Of a DNA stretch of 64,000 nucleotides, positions 56,361 through 64,000 are shown in pieces. The position numbers and the translations under genes were made by a program. Every line of letters begins with the position of its first letter. The first letter of the stretch is position 1. The notes under the pieces are model-generated. The model was given only the letters and a program-made list of their open reading frames with translations. It ran no database searches and was not told where the DNA came from. The DNA comes from an uncultured Thermoleophilaceae bacterium (GTDB taxonomy: Bacteria > Actinomycetota > Thermoleophilia > Solirubrobacterales > Thermoleophilaceae), in contig CAVTZF010000021.1 in NCBI GenBank assembly GCA_963739095.1, positions 87,842 through 151,841 on the forward strand, read 5' to 3'.

Positions 56361-57333
56361 TCGTGCGGACCGTGCCCGAGCGCGAGCGCATCGAGACCGA
56401 CTCGGTCGTGGCGCCCTGCGGACCGCGGTAGTGCACCCCGTCGAGCAGCTCGCCGTCGGTCACGCCGGTCGCCGCGAAGAACACGTCGTTGCCTGACACG
56501 AGCCGGTCGCGGTCGAGCACCTCCTCGAGGTCGTAGTCGGCCTCGAGCGCCGCGTTGCGTTCCTCGTCCGAGCGCGGCCAGAGCCGGCCGAGGATCTGGC
56601 CGCCCGTGCACTTGATCGCCGCGGCGGCGAGCACGCCCTCGGGCGTGCCGCCGATGCCGTACAGCAGGTCGACCGCCGAGCCCTCCGTGACCGCCGCGAG
56701 CGCGGCCGACACGTCGCCGTGCGGGATCAGCCTGATGCGCGCGCCGACGTCGCGGATCTCCTGCATGTACTCATCGTGCCGCGGCCGGTCGAGCATGATC
56801 ACGACGAGGTCGCCCACTTGGACGCCCTTCTCGCGGGCCATCAGCTTGAGCGTCTCGCCGATCGGCCGGTCGAGGTCGAGCAGGTGCGCCAGGTCCCGCG
56901 AGGTCGCCATCTTCAGCATGTAGACGCACGGGCCGGGATCGAACATCGTGCCGCGCTCGGCCAGGGCGATCGTCGCGATCGCGTTCGGCAGGCCCTTGGC
57001 GCAGAGCTCGGTGCCCTCCAGCGGGTCGACCGCGATGTCCACCTCCGGCGGCGAGCCGTCGCCGATGCGCTCGCCGTTGTAGAGCATCGGCGCCTCGTCC
57101 TTCTCGCCCTCGCCGATCACGACGACGCCGTCCATCGAGACGGTGTCGAGCAACAGGCGCATCGCGTCGACGGCGGCGCCGTCGGCGCCCTCCTTGTCGC
57201 CGCGCCCGATCCAGCGGGCGCACGCGAGCGCGGCGTACTCGGTCGTGCGCACGAGCTCCATTGCAAGGTTGCGGCCGGGACGGGCTTCGGTCGGGGCTGC
57301 GGCTGCGGCTTCCATGCGAGCGGAGGATTCCAC
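56302..57333 (-). CDS. glpX: Class II fructose-1,6-bisphosphatase GlpX
   Basis: ELVRTTEYAALACARWIGRGDKEGADGAAVDAMR, IGEGEKDEAPML, DIAVDPLEGT, GIGGTPEGVLAAAAIKC. The start may be internal (ATG 57315 or 57261). Confidence 0.9.
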   Translation of the reverse strand: MESSARMEAAAAAPTEARPGRNLAMELVRTTEYAALACARWIGRGDKEGADGAAVDAMRLLLDTVSMDGVVVIGEGEKDEAPMLYNGERIGDGSPPEVDIAVDPLEGTELCAKGLPNAIATIALAERGTMFDPGPCVYMLKMATSRDLAHLLDLDRPIGETLKLMAREKGVQVGDLVVIMLDRPRHDEYMQEIRDVGARIRLIPHGDVSAALAAVTEGSAVDLLYGIGGTPEGVLAAAAIKCTGGQILGRLWPRSDEERNAALEADYDLEEVLDRDRLVSGNDVFFAATGVTDGELLDGVHYRGPQGATTESVSMRSRSGTVRTITARHDRAKLREITGARLG

Positions 57334-57836
57334 TAAATGACGCCGGGGGGCTTCTTCGGGTCGCCGTAGATCGCCTGGCGCAGGTACCCGGCCACCAACA
57401 GCCCGGCGGAGGCCACGAGGGCGACGAAGTAGCCGATGCCGAGCCCGATGTCGACGCTGTCGCCCGGGCGCCCCAGGATGATCCCGTTGCAGAGGATCAG
57501 CATGAAGGCGACGATCCCGACGATCATCGTCACCTCGCCGGGCTTCCAGGTGAGCCGGTGCCCGCGCGCGATGATCCAGGACAGGATGAAGGGCGCCGTG
57601 CAGGCGAGCGCGAGCAGCCAGTCGAGCGTCGTGAAGACCTGCCAGGCGTTGGCGCCCGCGCCCCTGCTCGCGCCGGCCAGTACCGAGTTCGGGTTGTCCT
57701 CGCTGGTGGTGAACCAGGGCAGCCAGAGCGAGCCGAACAGGACGACCGCGGCGCCCATTCCGAAGAACTCGCCGGGTGTCAAGCGCGAGAAATCGAGGTA
57801 GCCACCCCTACCCTCAGCCCTCGAGGCTTCCATCAC
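57333..57836 (-). CDS. Small integral membrane protein, function unknown
   Basis: 167-aa ORF with 4 hydrophobic helices. Confidence 0.55.
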   Translation of the reverse strand: MMEASRAEGRGGYLDFSRLTPGEFFGMGAAVVLFGSLWLPWFTTSEDNPNSVLAGASRGAGANAWQVFTTLDWLLALACTAPFILSWIIARGHRLTWKPGEVTMIVGIVAFMLILCNGIILGRPGDSVDIGLGIGYFVALVASAGLLVAGYLRQAIYGDPKKPPGVI

Positions 57837-57889
57837 GGCGGAGGCTACAACGGCTAGGCTGGCCCCGCCAACGACGAGAGGAGACGACG

Positions 57890-58096
57890 ATGGCGGTCAC
57901 CAAGATCATCGAGCTTGTGGGCAGCTCCCCTGAGAGCTCCGACGGCGCGGTCAAGGCGGCGCTCGAGGAGGCGCGCCAGTCGCTGCGCAACATCAAGGCC
58001 GTCGACGTCGTCTCAACCGGGCTACGCGGAGAGAACCTGGACGAGTGGCGCGCGCTGGTGCGCATCTCGTTCCTGGTCGAGCGCGTGGGCGAGTAG
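57890..58096 (+). CDS. Dodecin-family flavin-binding protein (68 aa)
   Basis: MAVTKIIELVGSSPESSDGAVKAALEEARQSLRNIKAVDVV...VRISFLV fits the dodecin pattern. GAGAGGAG SD. Confidence 0.75.
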   Translation: MAVTKIIELVGSSPESSDGAVKAALEEARQSLRNIKAVDVVSTGLRGENLDEWRALVRISFLVERVGE

Positions 58097-58110
58097 TCAT
58101 CGCCGACACC

Positions 58111-59274
58111 ATGCAATCACTGCCCCGTGGAGGGGCCGGGGCGCTGCTCGAGGAGGCACGTGAGCGCACGCTGCGGCTCGTCGAGGGCGTGAGCGGCGAG
58201 GACCTCGACCGCGTCCACGACCCGCTGATGAGCCCGCTCGCGTGGGACCTCGGCCACATCGCGGCATTCGAGGACCTGTGGGTGAGCCGCGAGGCCGGCA
58301 GCGAGCTGCTGCGCGAGGACCTCGCGGCGGTCTACGACGCATTCGAGACGCCGCGCACGCACCGTGGCGAGCTGCGCTACTTGCGCCACGACGAGCTGCC
58401 GGGCTACCTCGAGGCGGTTCGCGATCGAACCCGGCAGGCATTCGAGGACGTATCGCCCTTCATCGCGGAGATGCTCATCCAGCACGAGCACCAGCACAAC
58501 GAGACGATGCTGCAGACGCTGCAGCTCGCTGAGCCCGGCGTGTACTCGCCGGCGCTGACGCCGGCCCGGGGCGCGGCGGCGACGGGCACGCGGCTCGTCG
58601 AGGCCGGCTCCTTCGAGCTCGGCGACGCGGGCGACGACTTCGCGTACGACAACGAGCGGCCCCTGCACACGGTCGAGCTGCCCGCCTTCCGGATCGACCG
58701 CGGGCCCGTCACCAACCGGGCCTTCGCCGAGTTCGTCGCGGACGGCGGCTACGCGCGCCCGGAGCTGTGGAGCGGCGAGGGCTGGAAGCTGCGCCAGAGC
58801 GAGGGCTGGGAGCGACCGCTCTACTGGACCGGCGACGGCGGCGTGCGCCGCTTCGACCGCGTCGTCGAGCTCGAGCCCGAGCTACCCGTGATGCACGTCT
58901 CCTTCTACGAGGCCGAGGCGTTCGGGCGCTGGCGCGGCGCGCGGCTTCCGAGCGAGGCCGAGTGGGAGCGCGCAGCGCTCGACGAGGGCGGCTCGCAGGG
59001 CCGGCTCGAGCAGCTCGACTTCGGGCCGGGGCCCGCCGGGCCGTTCGTCGGCGACTGCTGGGAGTGGACCGCCACCGAGTTCGACGGCTACCCGGGCTTC
59101 CGTCCACACCCGTATCCGGAGTACTCGCAGGTCTTCTTCCGCTCGGGTTACCGGGTGCTGCGCGGCGCCTCCTGGGCGACCCGCTCGCGCGTCGCACGCA
59201 GGACGTTCCGCAACTGGGACCGCCCCCAGCGCCGGCAGATCTTCGCCGGCTTCCGCTGCGCGGAGGACGCCTGA
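58111..59274 (+). CDS. egtB: Ergothioneine biosynthesis sulfoxide synthase EgtB (DinB_2 + FGE-sulfatase domains)
   Basis: SPLAWDLGHIAAFEDLW and QHEHQHNETMLQTL (iron-binding HxxxH region), then FELGD..FAYDNERPLHTVELPAF, WEWTATEF, VLRGASW. Confidence 0.85.
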   Translation: MQSLPRGGAGALLEEARERTLRLVEGVSGEDLDRVHDPLMSPLAWDLGHIAAFEDLWVSREAGSELLREDLAAVYDAFETPRTHRGELRYLRHDELPGYLEAVRDRTRQAFEDVSPFIAEMLIQHEHQHNETMLQTLQLAEPGVYSPALTPARGAAATGTRLVEAGSFELGDAGDDFAYDNERPLHTVELPAFRIDRGPVTNRAFAEFVADGGYARPELWSGEGWKLRQSEGWERPLYWTGDGGVRRFDRVVELEPELPVMHVSFYEAEAFGRWRGARLPSEAEWERAALDEGGSQGRLEQLDFGPGPAGPFVGDCWEWTATEFDGYPGFRPHPYPEYSQVFFRSGYRVLRGASWATRSRVARRTFRNWDRPQRRQIFAGFRCAEDA

Positions 59275-60230
59275 TGGCCGTCGTGATCGAGCGCCACGAG
59301 CAGCAGGACTCGCTCGCCGACGACGTCCGCGAGGGGCTCGCCCGTACGCCGCGCGAGCTACCGCCGAAGCTGTTCTACGACGAGCGCGGCTCCGAGCTGT
59401 TCGACCGCATCACCTCGCTGCCCGAGTACTACCCGAGCCGCTGCGAGCGCGAGATCCTCAACCGGCACGCGCCCGCGATCGTGGAGCGCGCCGGCGCCGA
59501 GGAGCTCATCGAGCTTGGCTCCGGCACCGCCTCGAAGACGCGCGCCCTGCTGTACGCGATGGCGGGCCAGGGCAGCCTCGAGCGCTACGTGCCCTTCGAC
59601 GTCGACGAGTCGGTCGTGCACGCCTGCGCCAGCGAGTTGACCGAGATCTACCCCGGCCTCGAGGTGCACGGCGTGGTGGGCGATTTCGGCCGCGACCTGG
59701 AGCGGATCCCCGACGGCCGCCACCGCCTGTTCGCGTTCCTGGGCGGCACGATCGGCAACCTCTACCCCTCCCAGCGGGCGCGTTTCCTCACGCGGATACG
59801 ACGCATGATGGGTAGCGGCGACCGGCTCGTGATCGGCACCGACCTCGTCAAGGACCGCGCCGTGCTCGAGGCCGCCTACAACGACAGCGCAGGGGTGACG
59901 GCCGAGTTCAACCGGAACGTGCTGCGGGTGATCAACGCGGGCCTCGACGCCGACTTCCGGATCGAGGCCTTCGAGCATGTGGCCTTCTTCGACGAGGCCA
60001 ACTCGTGGATCGAGATGCGCCTGCGCGCCAACGGCGCCCAGACCGTGCGCATGGACGGTGCCGACCTCGAGCTGACCTTCGCCGACGGCGAGGAGATCCG
60101 CACCGAGATCAGCGCGAAGTTCACGCGCCACGCCGTGGAGCGTGAGCTGCACACAGCCGGGCTGGCGCTCGACGACTTCTTCACGGACGGCGCCGGCCTG
60201 TTCGGGCTCGCCTTCGCGTCGCCGCGTTAG
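59274..60230 (+). CDS. egtD: L-histidine N-alpha-methyltransferase EgtD
   Basis: PKLFYDERGSELFDRITSLPEYYPSRCEREIL, ELGSGTASKTRALL, FLGGTIGN, EISAKFT. Confidence 0.9.
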   Translation: MAVVIERHEQQDSLADDVREGLARTPRELPPKLFYDERGSELFDRITSLPEYYPSRCEREILNRHAPAIVERAGAEELIELGSGTASKTRALLYAMAGQGSLERYVPFDVDESVVHACASELTEIYPGLEVHGVVGDFGRDLERIPDGRHRLFAFLGGTIGNLYPSQRARFLTRIRRMMGSGDRLVIGTDLVKDRAVLEAAYNDSAGVTAEFNRNVLRVINAGLDADFRIEAFEHVAFFDEANSWIEMRLRANGAQTVRMDGADLELTFADGEEIRTEISAKFTRHAVERELHTAGLALDDFFTDGAGLFGLAFASPR

Positions 60231-60306
60231 TTGCACCGTCCGGCGCCTTGCGATACACCCTCGTCTCGCCCGCCCATTGTGGTACTCGCAGCGCTGCTGC
60301 CTGTCG

Positions 60307-61351
60307 ATGAGCCGCGACCGCGCTCGCGGCGAAGCCGAAGGCGCCGACCGTGCGCTTGATCGCGCGCTCGAACGTGTGGTGAACATCGAGAACGGCCCGC
60401 CCGGGGCAATCGCGCTGGTTCATCGCGGCGGCGTGACGAAGGTTCACCGAGCCGGCGTGGCCAACATCGAGACCGACCGGCCCTGGCGGCCAATCGACCA
60501 CATGCGGCTCGCGAGCACCTCGAAGGCGTTCAACGGCGCCGTGGCCCTGTCGCTCGTGCAGCGCGGCCGCCTCGAGGTCGACGACACCATCGGCGAGATC
60601 CTGCCGGCGCTGCCGCCTGCCTGGGCATCGGTCACGCTCGGACAGCTGCTCCAGCACACAAGCGGCGTTCCCAGCTACACGAACAGCCCGAGCTTCGGGG
60701 CGGCGCTCACCGCCGACCCCAAGCACCGCTTCACTCCCATCGAGCTGATCGGCTACGTGGCGAACGACCCGCTCAATTTCGCCCCCGGCACGAGCTACAC
60801 GTACTCGAACACGGACAACATCATCGCCGCCCTGATGGCCGAGGCCGTGTCCGGGCGCTCCTACGAGGAGCTGCTGCGCAGCCAGTACCACCCGCCCGTT
60901 CGCCCACGGCTACGTGTTCGAGGGCGGCGGGCCGCCCGAGGACCTGAGCACCGTCGTCGGCATGTCCGGTGTCTGGGCATCCGGGGGCATGCAGTCGACC
61001 CCCCGTGACCTGCTCCGCTTCATGCGTGGCTACGTGCGAGGCAAGCTCTTCGGGCCGGCGATTCAGCGCGCCCAGCGGCGCTGGCGTCCGGGCGGGTCCG
61101 AGCCGCCGGGGCCGGGCGTGAACTCGGCCGGCATGTCGCTGTTCCGCTATCGGATGCCGTGCGGCGCGATCTACGGGCACACGGGGAACTTCTTCGGCTA
61201 CACGCAGTTCGCGGCATCAACGCTCGACGGGCGGCGGGCCGCGACCGTCTCGGTGAACCTGCAGCTCAACCCCACCGAGGGTGCGCCCCCGGCGTTCCGC
61301 GCGATGCGCAAGGCCTTCGGGCGTGCGGCCTGCGCCGCACTGGCGCGCTAG
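60307..61351 (+). pseudogene. Beta-lactamase-fold serine hydrolase / DD-peptidase family gene, disrupted around 60880-60915 (frameshift with apparent internal deletion)
   Basis: ORF 60142..61008 carries SxxK (ASTSKAF) and YSN (YTYSNTD). ORF 60914..61351 in another frame carries FAHGYVFEG..., STPRDLLRF and HTGNFFGY (KTG-type box). The spacing between ELLRSQ and FAHGY is much shorter than is usual for the family. The N-terminal signal region also looks scrambled. Confidence 0.65.
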
Positions 61352-61815
61352 CCGGCCTCGAGCGGCACCGCGCGCGCCGGCACAGGCGAGGACTGCACGA
61401 TCGACGTGGTCGTCTGCCCGTAGGGAGCGAAGCGGTCGATCACCTCCTCGAGGTGCTCGACGTCGCGGACCCATAGGCGCATGAGGTAGCAGTCGTCGCC
61501 CGTGATCCGGTGGCACTCGACGACCTCCGGCGTGCGCTGGGCCAGCTCGGCGACCTTCTTGAGCTCGCGCGGCGCCGGCCGTATGCGCAGCACCACGCTG
61601 AGCGTGTAGCCGAGCGCGCGCGGGTCGAGCTCGGCGCGGTAGCCCGTGATCGCACCGGCCTCCTCGAGCCGGGCGAGCCGCTCGGCCACCGCCGGCGCCG
61701 AGAGCCCCACGCGGCGGCCGAGCTCGGCGTTCGAAACGCGCGCGTCGGCGCGGATCTGCTCGAGCAATGCGATGTTGGTCGTGTCGAGGGCGAAAGGCCT
61801 TTGATTCGTAGCCAC
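61348..61815 (-). CDS. Lrp/AsnC-family transcriptional regulator
   Basis: LDTTNIALLEQIRADARVSNAELGRRVGLSAPAVAERLARLEEAGAITGY. GTG start. Confidence 0.9.
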   Translation of the reverse strand: MATNQRPFALDTTNIALLEQIRADARVSNAELGRRVGLSAPAVAERLARLEEAGAITGYRAELDPRALGYTLSVVLRIRPAPRELKKVAELAQRTPEVVECHRITGDDCYLMRLWVRDVEHLEEVIDRFAPYGQTTTSIVQSSPVPARAVPLEAG

Positions 61816-61871
61816 ATGGAGAAATGTAGCTTCGGACTGGCATAGATCAAGCGCTCATCCGCCGCGAACCT

Positions 61872-62798
61872 ATGGCCGTGACCAGCGAGAGGGTCCCGCC
61901 CCATCTCTACTTCGTGGTCAGCGCCGTCTTCCACTACCTCGGCCCGGCCTTCGCGGTGCTGCTGTTCACGCGCGCTCCGGTGCTCGGCGTCGCGTGGCTT
62001 CGGATCGCCGCCGCCGCGCTCGTGTTCGCCGTCTGGCGGCGGCCCTGGCGCGCGCTGGGGGACCTCGACCGCGACGGCCGCCGGCTGCTGGTGGCCTGGG
62101 GGGCGGTCCTCGCCGTGATGAACTGCTGCTTCTACCTGGCGATCGACCGCCTGCCGCTCGCGACCGTCGCGGCGATCGAGTTCCTGCCAGTGATCGTGCT
62201 CGCCGCGCTCGGCGCGCGCACGCCGCGCAACGCGCTCGCGCTGCTGCTCGCGGTGCCGGGGGTGTATCTGCTCACCGGCATCCAGATCGAGGGCGAGGCG
62301 CTCGGGGTCGCGCTCGCGTTCGCGAACGCCGCGCTGTTCGCGGCCTACATCGTGCTGGCGCATCGCGTCTCGCGCCTCGAGCTGCTGAGCGGCATCGACG
62401 GGCTGGCGCTGTCGATGCTGATCGCGCTCGTCGTAGTCACGCCGCTGGCCGGCTGGGGGGCGCTGCCTGCGCTCACGGACCCGGTCGCCCTGGTGGCCGG
62501 CGCCGGGGTCGGCATCTGCTCGTCCGTGATCCCCTACGTGAGCGACCAGCTGGCAATGCGCCGGCTCGCGCGCTCCACCTACGCGCTGCTGGTCTCGCTG
62601 CTGCCCGCCACCGCCACCGTGATCGGCATCGTGGTGCTCGCGCAGGTGCCGACGCTCGCCGAGATCGCGGGCGTCGCGCTCGTGATCGCCGCCGTGGCCG
62701 TGCACCGTGAGGCGGGGGAAGCGGATAGCGTGGCGCGCTCTCATGGATCTGAACGGCATCGGCGCGCTGGTGGCCGGCGGCGCCTCCGGACTGGGTGA
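61872..62798 (+). CDS. EamA/DMT-superfamily transporter, divergent from the Lrp gene
   Basis: Ten-TM profile with two EamA-like halves. The 3' end overlaps the next gene by ~56 nt. Confidence 0.75.
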   Translation: MAVTSERVPPHLYFVVSAVFHYLGPAFAVLLFTRAPVLGVAWLRIAAAALVFAVWRRPWRALGDLDRDGRRLLVAWGAVLAVMNCCFYLAIDRLPLATVAAIEFLPVIVLAALGARTPRNALALLLAVPGVYLLTGIQIEGEALGVALAFANAALFAAYIVLAHRVSRLELLSGIDGLALSMLIALVVVTPLAGWGALPALTDPVALVAGAGVGICSSVIPYVSDQLAMRRLARSTYALLVSLLPATATVIGIVVLAQVPTLAEIAGVALVIAAVAVHREAGEADSVARSHGSERHRRAGGRRRLRTG

Positions 62799-63504
62799 GG
62801 CGACCGCGCGTGAGCTCGTCGCGCGCGGCGCGCGCGTGGCGATCCTCGACCTGAACGAGGAGCGCGGACCGCAGCTCGCGGAGGAGCTAGGAGGGTTGTT
62901 CACACCCGCCGACGTGACCGACGAGGAGCGCGTGAGCGCCGCCGTCGAGGACGCAGCCGAGGCCTTCGGCGGATTGCGCCTCGCCGTCTCCTGCGCGGGC
63001 ATCGGCTTGGCCGAGCGCACCGTCGGTCGCGAGGGGCCGGCCAAGCTCGCTCCCTTCGAGACGGTCGTGCGCGTGAACCTGATCGGGACCTTCAACGTGC
63101 TGCGGCTGAGCGCGGCCGCCATGGTGCAGAACGAGCCCGGCGAGGACGGCGAGCGCGGCGCCGTCGTGATGACGGCCTCGATCGCCGCGTTCGACGGCCA
63201 GATCGGCCAGACCGCCTACTCGGCCTCGAAGGGCGGCGTAGTCGGGCTGACGCTGCCGGCTGCGCGCGATCTCGCCCGCCTCGGTATCCGCGTCTGCACG
63301 ATCGCGCCGGGGCTGTTCGACACGCCGCTGCTCGCCGGCCTGCCCGACGAGGCACGCGAGGCGCTGGGCGCGCAGATCCCGTTCCCCTCGCGGCTCGGAC
63401 GCCCCGAGGAGTACGCACGGCTCGCCTGCCACATCGCCGAGAACGAGATGCTGAACGGCGAGGTGCTGCGCCTCGACGGCGCGCTGCGGATGCCGCCGCG
63501 CTAG
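62743..63504 (+). CDS. Short-chain dehydrogenase/reductase, 3-hydroxyacyl-CoA dehydrogenase type
   Basis: [18 protein letters not shown] (TGxxxGxG-like), [15 protein letters not shown] (catalytic YxxxK), [10 protein letters not shown]. Confidence 0.85.
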   Translation: MDLNGIGALVAGGASGLGEATARELVARGARVAILDLNEERGPQLAEELGGLFTPADVTDEERVSAAVEDAAEAFGGLRLAVSCAGIGLAERTVGREGPAKLAPFETVVRVNLIGTFNVLRLSAAAMVQNEPGEDGERGAVVMTASIAAFDGQIGQTAYSASKGGVVGLTLPAARDLARLGIRVCTIAPGLFDTPLLAGLPDEAREALGAQIPFPSRLGRPEEYARLACHIAENEMLNGEVLRLDGALRMPPR

Positions 63505-63562
63505 CGCACCGTAAGTAGCCTTCTGGCTCCCCAGCCAGTCACCGACAAGGAGCCGTTCAGAG

Positions 63563-64000
63563 ATGCCCGAAGCCGTAATCGTCGACGCCGTCCGCACGCC
63601 AATCGGGCGCGCCTTCAAGGGGTCGCTCGCCCAGCTGCGCCCGGATGAGATGGGCGCCTTCATCGTGGACGCGTTGCTCGAGCGCAACCCCGACGTCGAT
63701 CCCGAGCTCGTCGAGGAGGTCTACTGCGGCGTCGGCCTTCCGCAGGGCCTGCAGGGCTTCAATCTCGGCCGCATCATCGCGCTCCTGTCGGAGCGGCTGC
63801 CGCTCGGCACCAACGGCACGACGATCTCGCGCTATTGCGCGTCGTCGCTCGAGTCGATCCGGCAGGCGGGCAACGCGATCGTGGCGGGTCAGGGCGACGT
63901 CTACATCGCCGCAGGCGTCGAGTGGGTCTCGCGCTACAACGAGGCCGTCGAGGGAGCGCGCCCGCAGGACCAGAACGAGCACCTGCAGGGCAACAACGGC
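63563..64000 (+). CDS. Acetyl-CoA C-acyltransferase (thiolase), N-terminal part; runs off the window
   Basis: Own translation: MPEAVIVDAVRTPIGRAFKGSL...TISRYCASSLESIRQA (active-site Cys region). AAGGAG SD at 63547-63552. Confidence 0.85.
   Translation, partial: MPEAVIVDAVRTPIGRAFKGSLAQLRPDEMGAFIVDALLERNPDVDPELVEEVYCGVGLPQGLQGFNLGRIIALLSERLPLGTNGTTISRYCASSLESIRQAGNAIVAGQGDVYIAAGVEWVSRYNEAVEGARPQDQNEHLQGNNG

Noticed and set aside
1-64000. Mobile elements, integrases, prophage or defence-system genes (RM, TA, CBASS, Abi etc.)
   Set aside because: None of the translated ORFs shows transposase, integrase, phage structural or known defence-system motifs. The DUF559/AbiEi-like gene is the only related item, and it is a decayed remnant.

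Overview
Very GC-rich (judged by eye, not computed) chromosomal segment from an actinobacterium-like organism. This is suggested by egtBD, MGLP-type glucan genes, WS/DGAT, an Rv3679/Rv3680-like ATPase pair and apparently leaderless TTGACT/TAnnnT promoters; the exact taxon is a guess. I resolve about 63 protein-coding genes or gene remnants. They are tightly packed, with many 4-nt ATGA/GTGA stop-start overlaps, and almost every convergent gene pair overlaps at its 3' ends. I recognised no rRNA, tRNA, CRISPR array, transposase/IS or phage genes.

Blocks:
(1) 1-6.2 kb: two-component system, acetyltransferase, decayed DUF559 gene, MMPL transporter.
(2) 6.3-26.5 kb: an amine/acyl-CoA catabolic island. 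It holds a secreted EEP hydrolase, a CaiD-type hydratase, two flavin amine oxidases, a class-III aminotransferase, a CrtI-like oxidoreductase, a PotDBCA-type importer, two TetR regulators, a Rieske oxygenase, an acyl-CoA dehydrogenase and an ADP-forming acyl-CoA synthetase. Its three plus-strand transcription units share one conserved promoter/operator module. This is my best candidate for an undescribed system.
(3) 27.1-31.4 kb: Rv3030-Rv3032-like methylated-glucan (MGLP-type) cluster.
(4) 33.5-39.7 kb: photolyase, Lon-N protein, DUF4389, WS/DGAT, GGT.
(5) 39.7-44.1 kb: ParA-like ATPase plus an FtsZ with a ~155-aa N-terminal extension, divergent from a Get3/ArsA-like ATPase pair.
(6) 44.3-51.5 kb: EP-repeat hypothetical protein, HxlR, AIM24, S55-like peptidase, PilT, and a principal-type sigma factor translationally coupled to a small secreted protein.
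(7) 51.7-64 kb: regulators (LuxR-type RR, GntR, GGDEF, Lrp), MoeA, GlpX, dodecin-EgtB-EgtD, a decayed beta-lactamase-fold gene, EamA, SDR and thiolase.

Five genes are interrupted by frameshifts or an in-frame stop; this could be real decay or assembly error. All functional calls rest on motif and family recognition from the translations, with no database search.
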